A DNA stretch of 64,000 nt, taken from positions 297 to 64,296 of the forward strand of contig JASFYO010000005.1 of NCBI GenBank assembly GCA_045047305.1, written 5' to 3'. The DNA comes from Planctomycetota bacterium. GTDB taxonomy: Bacteria; Planctomycetota; UBA1135. Made by a program: the position numbers and the translations under genes. The notes beneath the pieces are model-generated. The model was given only the letters and a program-made list of their open reading frames with translations. It was not told the origin of the DNA and searched no databases. Below are positions 7,778 through 16,477 of this stretch, in pieces (the stretch's first letter is position 1; every line of letters begins with the position of its first letter).

Positions 7778-10351
7778 ATGCGTAACGACAGGAAGAATCT
7801 GTTGCTCCCTCTTCTGCTTCTCGCCGGCTGCTACAGCCCTGAAGCTGAGATTCACGATGGTGAATTTGTACGAAACGATGCAGCGCCTCAACTCGCTGAA
7901 TCGGATTCCATGCAGGAGCCCGAAATGTCCACCTCCTCTGCCGCCGACGCCATTCAGGTGAAGGCGCAGAAGAATGCTCTCCTTGCAAACTCCTACGTCG
8001 GCCTCGGCAACGATGCGTTCGAGCGTGGCGACTATGAGGGCTCTGCCATTCAATATGCAGAAGCAAACCGCCTTGATGCAACCAACATCGCTGCACGCGA
8101 TGGTTTGCGTCGCGCGCAGACTGCGATGGCTGGCAACACTTACGATATCGATTCTGCTGAGAACGTCATCCAGAACGAAGCTCTGCGTCAGAGTGCCAAC
8201 CGGATGCGCGTAGAAGGATTAGTACGCGATGGCGATCGCGCCATGGGCCAAGCTGCTTTCTCGACTGCGGTCGACAAGTACACCATGGCTGTGCAGGCAC
8301 TGAACTACAGCCCAAACATGGCTTACGGTTTCCTCGACACCAACATGGTGCAGGGCAAGCTGGATGAAGCCACATCCGCGCGTAACTCTTCGGAAGCTTC
8401 CGCGCGCAATGCGCAAGCCATGGCCGCCGATGCAGAAGCTCGCGAAGCCTTGCAAGCCCGCGCCGATTACAGCGCGAACCGCATCGCATCCTTCATGGGA
8501 CGCGCGAATGAGCAGTTCATGTCTGGCTTCCCGGATCGAGCAGTCACCACGCTGGATCAACTTCTACGCATCGACCCACGCAATCCTGAAGCTACCGAGC
8601 TGCGCAGCATTGCAGTCGAAGCCGCCTTGCGCAACCGTCAGGATCAAACCGCTGACGACTTCCGCGAAGGCTGGCAGCGCACCTTTGAAGAAATGCGCAC
8701 CTTGACCGTGCCGCCAAATGGCAGCATCGAGTTCGACCTGGACCACTGGGCCAAAATCGCTGATCGCGCACCTCTCGACATGGTGGAGACCACCACCGAG
8801 ATGGACGCCGTCGAGGCAAGCATTCGCTACTCGCTGGCGAATACCCGCATCATCCCAAACTTTGATGATGCACTCGAAGAGATCGTGCCGAACCTACAAG
8901 CGTTCGCCAAGGTGAACTTCGTGATCACTCGCGAAGTGCGTGATGACATCGACGAGGACGTCAAGACCATCCGCATGTCGTTCAAGAACGATATGCCTGT
9001 GGACCGCATCCTCAGCATCATGGAAGACCTGATGGGCGGCGAAGTCAAGTTCATCGTCAAGAACGGCTCGGTCTACGTGGTCACCGCGGAACAAGCTGAT
9101 GCGGATTCCATCACCCGTCAATACGACGTTCGCGACATCATTCGTCCGATTAAGGACTTCCCTCTTCCTGAGTACAACTTGATTCCGTCCGGCGGCATCG
9201 AGGCAGACGAAGAGGAACTTCCTGAATCGGAAGCGACCATCCTTACCGAGGACGACCTCATCGCCACCATCACCGAGTCGATTGACCCGGATTCCTGGGA
9301 TGGCGAAACCCACTCGGTGAACATCGAGAACGGGACCCTGATTGTGCACCACAGTCCAGAGGTTCAAGCTGAGATCGCCAACATGCTGGTTGACCTGCGC
9401 GTGCCTGCCAACATCATGGTGGACATCAAGGTTCGCTTCTTGCGCGTTGAAGATAGCTTCCTCGAAGACATCGGCGTGGACTTCCGCGGCCTCGGCAACG
9501 ACTCCACCGCTGGCTCCGCTGGCAAAGGAGATGAACTGGTCTTCGACGACTTTGGCTCGGATGCAGGCTCTCCTGGAAACCCAGGCACCCTTGGAACCGG
9601 CACCGATGCTGGCTTCAACTTCAGGGAGGCAAGTGACGACCTCAACATTCTTGCACGCTCGGAAAACCTGTACGACACCTCCCTCGGTGACGACGCCATC
9701 CTCACCAACTCTGGTGGTCTGGCACTGCAGTACACCTGGCTAGACGATGCGCAGCTGGAGATGATCCTCCGCGCAGTGAAGAAGTCGAAGCGCTCGGAGT
9801 TGGTCATCGAGCCTAGCTTGATGGTTTACAACACTGCTCGGGCAAACCTGGTGGTCGCAAACCAAGTCTCCTACGTCTCGGACTTCGATGTCGAGATTGC
9901 ATCTTCGGCCTCGATTGCCGACCCCATCGTGCAAGTCGCCAACGACGGCGTCTACCTCGATGTGCGTCCAGTCGTGACCGCTGACCGTCGTTTTGTGTGG
10001 ATCGACGTACGCCCAACCGTGGCAAACCTTTTACGTCCAATCCCAACCTTGCAGACCTCCCTCGGTGTTGGTTCGCCTGTAACCCTGATGCTGCCTCAAC
10101 TTGAGCTGCAGAAGGTGCGCACGCGTGTCATCTTGCCAGATGGCGGAACCCTGATGCTTGGTGGCATGAAAATCTTGGAAGAGCAGGAAATGGATTCTGG
10201 TATTCCTTACCTGAACCAAATCCCAGTTCTTTCCTTCTTCTTCTCGCGCAAAGGCACTTACGAGACTTACCAGAAGTTAGTCATCCTGCTCACGGCAAAT
10301 ATCATCCTGATGGATGAGCTTGAGCCTGGTCAAACTCCTACTGGTTACTAG
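7778..10351 (+). CDS. Secretin-family outer-membrane channel made as a lipoprotein, with a TPR-rich N-terminal region (liposecretin 1)
   Basis: The start is set to ATG 7778. MRNDRKNLLLPLLLLAGC-YSPE is a signal peptide plus lipobox. TPR-like units include GNDAFERGDYEGSAIQYAEANRLD and QFMSGFPDRAVTTLDQLLRIDPRNPEA. The C-terminus is a classic secretin domain (RVILPDGGTLMLGGMK...DSGIPYLNQIPVLSFFFSRKG...LVILLTANII). Confidence 0.85.
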   Translation: MRNDRKNLLLPLLLLAGCYSPEAEIHDGEFVRNDAAPQLAESDSMQEPEMSTSSAADAIQVKAQKNALLANSYVGLGNDAFERGDYEGSAIQYAEANRLDATNIAARDGLRRAQTAMAGNTYDIDSAENVIQNEALRQSANRMRVEGLVRDGDRAMGQAAFSTAVDKYTMAVQALNYSPNMAYGFLDTNMVQGKLDEATSARNSSEASARNAQAMAADAEAREALQARADYSANRIASFMGRANEQFMSGFPDRAVTTLDQLLRIDPRNPEATELRSIAVEAALRNRQDQTADDFREGWQRTFEEMRTLTVPPNGSIEFDLDHWAKIADRAPLDMVETTTEMDAVEASIRYSLANTRIIPNFDDALEEIVPNLQAFAKVNFVITREVRDDIDEDVKTIRMSFKNDMPVDRILSIMEDLMGGEVKFIVKNGSVYVVTAEQADADSITRQYDVRDIIRPIKDFPLPEYNLIPSGGIEADEEELPESEATILTEDDLIATITESIDPDSWDGETHSVNIENGTLIVHHSPEVQAEIANMLVDLRVPANIMVDIKVRFLRVEDSFLEDIGVDFRGLGNDSTAGSAGKGDELVFDDFGSDAGSPGNPGTLGTGTDAGFNFREASDDLNILARSENLYDTSLGDDAILTNSGGLALQYTWLDDAQLEMILRAVKKSKRSELVIEPSLMVYNTARANLVVANQVSYVSDFDVEIASSASIADPIVQVANDGVYLDVRPVVTADRRFVWIDVRPTVANLLRPIPTLQTSLGVGSPVTLMLPQLELQKVRTRVILPDGGTLMLGGMKILEEQEMDSGIPYLNQIPVLSFFFSRKGTYETYQKLVILLTANIILMDELEPGQTPTGY

Positions 10352-10362
10352 ACAGTGAAACC

Positions 10363-10400
10363 GAACGGCCGAGGGTGGATAGACACCCTCGGCCGTTTCC
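10363..10400 (+). terminator. Strong hairpin (terminator or attenuator) after secretin gene 1
   Basis: GAACGGCCGAGGGTG-GATAGA-CACCCTCGGCCGTTT has a 14-bp perfect stem and starts 12 nt after the stop. The tail is TTTCC only, so the U-tract is weak. Confidence 0.55.
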
Positions 10401-10442
10401 ATTACACCCAGGTCATTTGGGCCTGCATTTGAGAGAGACCGC

Positions 10443-13292
10443 ATGATTGCACTCAGCTCCGTACTCCTTCTCAGCCTTCTCGTCCCGTTCCAGCAAGGCG
10501 GCGCCAGCACCATGGCCCGCAAGAACGCAGAGGCTGCCCGCGCCATTAACCGTGAGTTTGGCCTTAACTTTTGGGCTGAAAAGCTTATCACTCGCTCCCT
10601 GGCTGAAGCCAAGACTGCCGACGATCGGGCAGAATTGTTGCTCGCCCGCTGCGATGTGTTGCTGCATACGGCAAGCTCCAAGGTCAACGATAATGAAAAG
10701 CTCCCAGCGCTTGGTGAAGCGGGTGAAGCTTATGTCGCCTACCTAGCTACTAGTCCTGGCGGTAACCTTGAAACCAAGGCGCAAAGTAATCTTGGTGCGG
10801 TTGCCAGTCAATACGGCATCACCTTGGTGCGCATGATTGAGAACGACGCCATCCGTGGTGACGAGCGCGATGCCGCAGTGGCAACCGCGGAGAGTATCTT
10901 CAAAACTTCCCTGAAGGGCATGAATGCAATCATTGATTGGTGGGAAGCACTTCCTACCGACAACGCGCAAAAGAACCAAAACCAATTTACGGTCTATTAC
11001 CCTTCCGTGTTCAACCGTGCTTTGGTTTACCTGTACTGGGCACAGCTTTACCCAGCCGGTTCCATTGAACGCGACCAACGTGCCAAACAATCGGTTGATT
11101 ACTTTGAGAAGTTTGCGATTGGTGCTCCATTCCTCCCCTCGCAACGCGCGTACAAAGCTTTAGCTGACTGCTACCGGGTGCTTGGACAAATGGAAGATGC
11201 ATTCGATTATTACGAATACGTCACCAGTAACACCAAGGACTTGATTGAACAGGAAGGCGAGGATCTTGATCCAGCATTCATCGATCAATTGCACGATGTG
11301 ATTCAGGCCTCTGACTTTGGCATGTTGCAATTATTGCGCGCAACCGGACAGACGGAACTGTTCTGGGAAACCGTGGACAACTTCAACGCTTGGGTAGATG
11401 AAGAACGCATCGAACTCTCCCGAAGTGGGTATGAGCTCTCTTTGGTGGTTGCGAACCAAATGATTGACGAAGGACGCATTGGCGAAGCGATCACGCTTGC
11501 TGATGAAGTCGCCAAGGCCAACGAACGCAGCACCTTACGTTTGCGCGCCAACTCAGTTATGAGTTCTGCAATCGCGCTTGCTCCACCCGACGCCGACATC
11601 CCATTAGACGTGCTCTTCGGTTCTGCTGAGGGCGCTTACTTCACCAAAGATTACGCCTCCGCGATTGATGGTTTCCGCATGCTCATCCCCCGCCTGGCGG
11701 GTTCGCGTGAAGCAGACATCTACGGCGGAAAAGCCTATTACTTACTGGGTATTTGCTGGGCTCGCACCGGGCAACCTCTACTGGCTGCTGTAACCCACCA
11801 AATCGGCTACGAGGATTACCCTGACGACGAAGAGTATGCGGTAAAGAACGCAAAGAAATGGCAAGGGCATACCGCCAACTTCTTTAAGCGCGCAAGCTCT
11901 GACCCCGAGATTCAGGCCTGGAATGACCTCGCGATTGAGGCTGTTGTCATCACCGACGGTGGCGGTCACGATCTGGAATGGCAACAAGCCAAGACCATGA
12001 ACACTTTGGCACAAAAATCTGCTGCCAAAAACCCGAGAGCAGCACCAGGCAGCAACGAGGCCAAGGCAATCGTGAACGCTTACAGCAAAGCGATTTTGGC
12101 CTTCAAAAAGGTGAAACCGGAAAGCGCAAACTACGAGAAGTCCCTGCTAAAAGCCGCAGTATGTGAATACGAAAGTATTCGCTTCGAACCTTCCGCTGCC
12201 GGCCGCTCGCTTGCAGCCCTGAAGTTCTATCTTGAGGATTACATCGCCAATCCGGCAAATGCTCCGAAGGATGGGGCACAGCGCGCCGCGCGCCGTTCTA
12301 CCGCGCCCGAAGCCGTCTCGTACCTTGGACGCACCTACCGCGCCTTGGCAAAAGCTGGCGATGACTCGGCCTGGCAAAAGGTAATCGACACCTACGCGGA
12401 CATGCTCGATCGCTTTCCGGACCAGCCCGACTTGGGCTACCTCGGCATGGCCTACCGCACGGAAGCATTCGTACGGCAGGGCAAAATCACCGAAGCAGAA
12501 GCGGAATACCAGTCCATGTTGGATATCTCTGCTTCGCCAAACCGACTATCAGTCGCCGCCTACTCTTTATTCCTTCACTTCAAAGCAGAAGATGAAAATG
12601 CAGTCGATGCAACAGCTAGCGGCGAAAATCGTTCGAAGGAAGCAGAGTACCTTTCAGCTTACAACTCCTTCTCTACCACCAAACGCTGGGCCAACCTTTT
12701 GGGTGAAGCTGATTTGTGGATGCAACTTGGCAATTACGAGAAGTCGGCTGCTTTGTTCCAGCTAGTGCTAGACAAGTACGCTACCGGCAAATCCTTCACC
12801 GAGGCCTTCCGCTTTAAGACTCAGATTGGCTTGGTGGAATCCTTGCTCCAACTGCGTCGTACCGGAGAGGCGATTCCTTTGGTCAATAAGCTCTACGAGC
12901 AAAGTCCAAAAAACTTGCGCGTACGCTCCGCTGTGGTCAAAGTGAAGGCTGGATTCTTGGTCTACAACGGCATCCAAGTCCTGGAGGTCCCAGGAGAAGG
13001 AACGCCAGAGGCTCTGGCACTAGCAGCAACCATGGCATCGGAACTGATTAAAGTTGCCAAGTTTGAAGCCGACCGCCAACAACCATCGATCAACCCATAC
13101 GCTTACGCCCCTTGGTGGGAAGCGAAACTCAATCAGGGTTATGTACTTTACCAACAAGGTAAATCAGATCCTGCGCAAGCTGGTAAACACACCAAGATGG
13201 TTTCCAGCCTTCAAAGACAAGCACCTGACCTCGGCGAGTCGATTGCCGGCAAACGCATGTCACAAAGTCTCCTCTGGCTCCTGAATCACTAG
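10443..13292 (+). CDS. Large secreted TPR-repeat protein (949 aa)
   Basis: N-terminal signal-like segment MIALSSVLLLSLLVPFQQGGAS. The remainder is all-helical with many TPR-like A/Y/L periodicities (e.g. AYKALADCYRVLGQMEDAFDYYEYV, GKAYYLLGICWARTGQPLLA, ADLWMQLGNYEKSAALFQLVLDKY). Confidence 0.8.
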   Translation: MIALSSVLLLSLLVPFQQGGASTMARKNAEAARAINREFGLNFWAEKLITRSLAEAKTADDRAELLLARCDVLLHTASSKVNDNEKLPALGEAGEAYVAYLATSPGGNLETKAQSNLGAVASQYGITLVRMIENDAIRGDERDAAVATAESIFKTSLKGMNAIIDWWEALPTDNAQKNQNQFTVYYPSVFNRALVYLYWAQLYPAGSIERDQRAKQSVDYFEKFAIGAPFLPSQRAYKALADCYRVLGQMEDAFDYYEYVTSNTKDLIEQEGEDLDPAFIDQLHDVIQASDFGMLQLLRATGQTELFWETVDNFNAWVDEERIELSRSGYELSLVVANQMIDEGRIGEAITLADEVAKANERSTLRLRANSVMSSAIALAPPDADIPLDVLFGSAEGAYFTKDYASAIDGFRMLIPRLAGSREADIYGGKAYYLLGICWARTGQPLLAAVTHQIGYEDYPDDEEYAVKNAKKWQGHTANFFKRASSDPEIQAWNDLAIEAVVITDGGGHDLEWQQAKTMNTLAQKSAAKNPRAAPGSNEAKAIVNAYSKAILAFKKVKPESANYEKSLLKAAVCEYESIRFEPSAAGRSLAALKFYLEDYIANPANAPKDGAQRAARRSTAPEAVSYLGRTYRALAKAGDDSAWQKVIDTYADMLDRFPDQPDLGYLGMAYRTEAFVRQGKITEAEAEYQSMLDISASPNRLSVAAYSLFLHFKAEDENAVDATASGENRSKEAEYLSAYNSFSTTKRWANLLGEADLWMQLGNYEKSAALFQLVLDKYATGKSFTEAFRFKTQIGLVESLLQLRRTGEAIPLVNKLYEQSPKNLRVRSAVVKVKAGFLVYNGIQVLEVPGEGTPEALALAATMASELIKVAKFEADRQQPSINPYAYAPWWEAKLNQGYVLYQQGKSDPAQAGKHTKMVSSLQRQAPDLGESIAGKRMSQSLLWLLNH

Positions 13293-13296
13293 ACCG

Positions 13297-14367
13297 ATGC
13301 TCCTAACCTGCGCACTTCTGTTTCCGATGTTGATGCCTGCGGCTCTCCCGCAGAGTCGAATTGCACGCCTTGATGGCGGCTACACCACTGGCAAGCTCAC
13401 CGCTGCTGGTTTGGAATCCGTAACTCTTGAAGTCGGCCAAGGCGCATCCCGCGACTTCCCGTCCAACCAAATTATTTCGCTTAAGCCTGGCCCCCTTCCG
13501 GAACTTGTTTCCAAAGGTGAAGTCTTCCTTAAGGATCTCGATTTCCAAAATGCCACCAACTCCTTCGATGCGGCAAGTAGTGAAGATGGAGACTTTTGGC
13601 TCGCACCCTATGCGAGCTTGCGCCACGCGGAAGCTCTCCTAGCTTGGGCACAACAAGACCCAGCCCGTGCAAGTGATGCTGCCCGCGCCTTCCGCAGCTG
13701 GTCCGACGCAAACCCGGATAGCTACTGGTTACCACGTGCTCAAATGGGAGCAGCCAAGGCCATGGCTATGGCTGGCGACGTGGATGGCGCAACCTCGTTG
13801 ATGCAAAAGCTGTCCGATACTGCCTTCGAGAGAAATCTCGGCCGCCACGTCGAACTGCAAGTCAATTTAGTGCGCTGCGAGGCATTCCTGCTTGGCGGCC
13901 AAGCAGAAGTGGCAGAAGCACGTCTGCGCGATCTCGTGGTCAAACTCGACAGCGCTGTCACTGACCCCAAAGCTGCTGACGGAGCCAAGGCTCTATATCT
14001 TGCGATGAGTTCACGCGCCAAGATTCGCCTCGGCGACGCCATCACACAGAAGGATGGAGCGCGCACCGCAAGTAGCTACTGGCAAGGCTTAGCTTCCGAC
14101 CGTAACGCAACCGCCGATGTCCGCGCTGCAGCCTGGATTGGAATCGCCTCTGCAGCACGCGAAAGCGGCAACCTGCGTCAAGCCCAGCTGCAGCTCGCGA
14201 AGGTCATCGCCACCCTGCCAGCCTCAGATGAGGTTATGGCACATGCCCTTTACGACTTGGGTGAAGTCTCCAAAGCCTTAGACAATAACCCAATCCCTGG
14301 TGAAACCTATCATCAGCGTCTGCGTGAGCAGTACCCAAACACCAGCTGGGCCGCCAAAGTCCGCTGA
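13297..14367 (+). CDS. Secreted TPR protein with a CpoB/YbgF-like C-terminus (356 aa)
   Basis: It starts 4 nt after the previous stop. The signal peptide is MLLTCALLFPMLMPAALP. Helical repeats end in HALYDLGEVSKALDNNPIPGETYHQRLREQYPNTSWAAKV, the 'yP.s..A..A' ending typical of YbgF/BamD-type TPRs. Confidence 0.7.
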   Translation: MLLTCALLFPMLMPAALPQSRIARLDGGYTTGKLTAAGLESVTLEVGQGASRDFPSNQIISLKPGPLPELVSKGEVFLKDLDFQNATNSFDAASSEDGDFWLAPYASLRHAEALLAWAQQDPARASDAARAFRSWSDANPDSYWLPRAQMGAAKAMAMAGDVDGATSLMQKLSDTAFERNLGRHVELQVNLVRCEAFLLGGQAEVAEARLRDLVVKLDSAVTDPKAADGAKALYLAMSSRAKIRLGDAITQKDGARTASSYWQGLASDRNATADVRAAAWIGIASAARESGNLRQAQLQLAKVIATLPASDEVMAHALYDLGEVSKALDNNPIPGETYHQRLREQYPNTSWAAKVR

Positions 14368-14436
14368 TCCCCGGAGGCCCAGTCTGGGCCCTTCCTGATG
14401 GCATCCGTCCTAAGGCCTTCCCCGACGGCGGTTTGC

Positions 14437-14445
14437 TGCTAGAAT
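14437..14445 (+). promoter_or_regulatory. Possible extended -10 promoter element upstream of the exbB/tolQ-like gene
   Basis: TGcTAGAAT (TG at 14437-38, TAGAAT at 14440-45) lies about 50 nt upstream of ATG 14495. If real, it argues for the 14495 start. No convincing -35 element. Confidence 0.3.
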
Positions 14446-14458
14446 CTTTCCCTTCCCG

Positions 14459-15214
14459 GTGGAATCAACACCGAAACCCAACGCGTCCATAGCAATGTCC
14501 CGACTACGTTACCTCATGCTGGCTTCGACCAGCACCCTTATTTTTGCTGGCACCATCTTCGCTCAAGACGGTGAAGAAAATGTCAAAGAAGGAGGCGCCA
14601 ACTTCATGGAAGCCATTCAGAATGCAGGTGCTATTGGTTACCTCATCATTCTGATGTCCGTGGTGGCCATGGCTCTCATCATTGAGCACTTCATGACTCT
14701 CAAGCGCGAGAAACTCGCTCCACCCGAGGTCATCGACGAAATCGAAGAGCTCTTCCAGGATGGCAACTACCAGGAAGCCCTTGAAGCTTGTGAGGCAAAC
14801 CCTTGCTTCTTCTCCAACGTAACGGCCGCAGGCATCCGCAAGCTTGGCAACCCATTCGGCGCCATCGAGAAGTCCATCGAAGAGATGGAAGACGAGGAAA
14901 GCGTAAAGCTTCAGCAGAAGATTGGCTGGCTCTCCTTGATCTCCGGTATCGGCCCCATGATGGGACTGTTCGGCACGGTAACGGGAATGGTGGGCGCGTT
15001 CGCGACCATCGGTTCTTCCGGTGCTGGCGGCGTGAACCCAGCTGACTTCGCAGCTGACATCTCTTTGGCACTGATGACCACCGTACTTGGTCTGACCGTG
15101 GCAATCCCGACCACCGCGTTCTACGCCTTCTTCCGTAACAAGGTCTCTTTGGTGACCATGGAGATTAGTGCTGTGGTTGAGGACATGTTCGAGCGTTTCC
15201 GCGCTACCGAGTAA
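14459..15214 (+). CDS. MotA/TolQ/ExbB-family proton channel
   Basis: GLFGTVTGMVGAF and ADISLALMTTVLGLTVAIPTTAFYAFF are the conserved TM2/TM3 stator motifs. There is an N-terminal signal-like segment. The likely true start is ATG 14495 (MSRLRYLMLASTSTLIFAG). Confidence 0.9.
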   Translation: MESTPKPNASIAMSRLRYLMLASTSTLIFAGTIFAQDGEENVKEGGANFMEAIQNAGAIGYLIILMSVVAMALIIEHFMTLKREKLAPPEVIDEIEELFQDGNYQEALEACEANPCFFSNVTAAGIRKLGNPFGAIEKSIEEMEDEESVKLQQKIGWLSLISGIGPMMGLFGTVTGMVGAFATIGSSGAGGVNPADFAADISLALMTTVLGLTVAIPTTAFYAFFRNKVSLVTMEISAVVEDMFERFRATE

Positions 15215-15236
15215 AGCGCAATGGGCTCATTGCTAA

Positions 15237-15262
15237 GGAATGGGGTGTTACCACCCCATTCC
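15237..15262 (+). promoter_or_regulatory. Intercistronic stem-loop between the exbB-like and exbD-like genes
   Basis: GGAATGGGGTG-TTAC-CACCCCATTCC is a perfect 11-bp stem with a 4-nt loop and no U-tract. It lies 23 nt after the stop and 34 nt before the next ATG. Confidence 0.45.
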
Positions 15263-15295
15263 GAACCCACTAGTCTGAACAAGTAAGCAAATAAC

Positions 15296-15919
15296 ATGGC
15301 AAGACGACGCACCGCAGAGACCGAGATCGAGATCGACATGACCCCCATGATCGATATGACTTTCCTCTTAATCATCTTCTTCATTATCGTGAACGATATG
15401 TCGCAGAAGGATTTGGAAGAGCTCAAACTCCCGATCGCAATGGAGGCTGGTCACGATGACCCGCCAGAACGCCGTCAGGTACTCAACGTACGTTGGTTCC
15501 CGGCAGGTGGGGTGACGGATTACGTCAAGAAGCAGTATGCCGAAATGGGCATCGGCATCCCCGATGACATGGAGTGGTCGGACATCGTGTGGAAAGGAAA
15601 TATCCTTTACTACCCAAACATGGACACTGGTGGTCGTACCGACCCCATCCGCAAAGGCCGTCCGGACTACTACTGGCAGCTAGCGCAGACGATGGAGTTG
15701 GAATGGGTCCCCTACTTTGAGAAGAAGATGGATGACAAACTCGGCAAATTACTGCCGGATGACCCGGTACTTCTTCGCGCTGACCGCAACACCCCATTCA
15801 AGTACCTGCAGAAGATTATGGAAGTCTGCACGCGGGAGAACATCTTGATTTGGAAAGTGCAGTTCGCTGCATCTGAGGATCCAGACGTGGTTGCTGCTCG
15901 CGAAGCCGCTAAGAAATAA
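15296..15919 (+). CDS. ExbD/TolR-family protein 1 (long form, 207 aa)
   Basis: IEIDMTPMIDMTFLLIIFFII is the canonical ExbD/TolR N-terminal TM segment with the conserved Asp. The periplasmic part is longer than in typical ExbD proteins of about 135 aa. Confidence 0.85.
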   Translation: MARRRTAETEIEIDMTPMIDMTFLLIIFFIIVNDMSQKDLEELKLPIAMEAGHDDPPERRQVLNVRWFPAGGVTDYVKKQYAEMGIGIPDDMEWSDIVWKGNILYYPNMDTGGRTDPIRKGRPDYYWQLAQTMELEWVPYFEKKMDDKLGKLLPDDPVLLRADRNTPFKYLQKIMEVCTRENILIWKVQFAASEDPDVVAAREAAKK

Positions 15920-15933
15920 GCAAGGTAAAGAAC

Positions 15934-16449
15934 ATGAGTAAAAAGAAGAAGAAGTTTGAAGAGATTAAGCCAGACATGACGCCAATGATTGACGTCACCT
16001 TCTTGCTGCTGATTTTCTTCATTGTGACTCTGAAGTTCAAGGTTCTCGAAGGCCGCCTAGACGCCGCTCTTCCTAAGGATCGTGGTACCAGCACCTCGGA
16101 AGCGGAAGAAATCGAAAAGCTCGACATCATGCTTTTCGTGGCAAATCCTGGCGAATTGGTGCCAGACAAGGACAATGAATACCTGAAGGTTTTCTCGGGC
16201 CGAAAGATTCGCGTCGAGATTGGTTCGCAGAAGTGGTATTACGATCCCTTCAACATTGATGATCCGGAAAACCCTCTTCCAGACCTAACTCGGTTCTTGC
16301 AGAATCCTGAATGGGACAAAGAGGAAACTCCAGTTTCGCTCGATGCTCGCAAAGGAATTGTTTACGGAGATGTCGTCGTCATGCTTGATGTGATTGTCCG
16401 TGAGAAATTCAAAAAGGTCTCCTTCGCCGGAACCTTCGAGCAAGACTGA
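15934..16449 (+). CDS. ExbD/TolR-family protein 2 (171 aa)
   Basis: IKPDMTPMIDVTFLLLIFFIV is the same TM motif, so this is a paralogue of the preceding gene. The gap to it is 14 nt. Confidence 0.85.
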   Translation: MSKKKKKFEEIKPDMTPMIDVTFLLLIFFIVTLKFKVLEGRLDAALPKDRGTSTSEAEEIEKLDIMLFVANPGELVPDKDNEYLKVFSGRKIRVEIGSQKWYYDPFNIDDPENPLPDLTRFLQNPEWDKEETPVSLDARKGIVYGDVVVMLDVIVREKFKKVSFAGTFEQD

Positions 16450-16477
16450 GTTTCAGAACTAGGTAAATCCGCACGGG

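Noticed and set aside
14375-14392. Short hairpin GGCCCA-GTC-TGGGCC after the 356-aa TPR gene, as a possible terminator
   Set aside because: It has only a 6-bp stem with a 3-nt loop and no U-tract. That is too weak to call, although it could contribute to partial termination ahead of the exbB-like gene.
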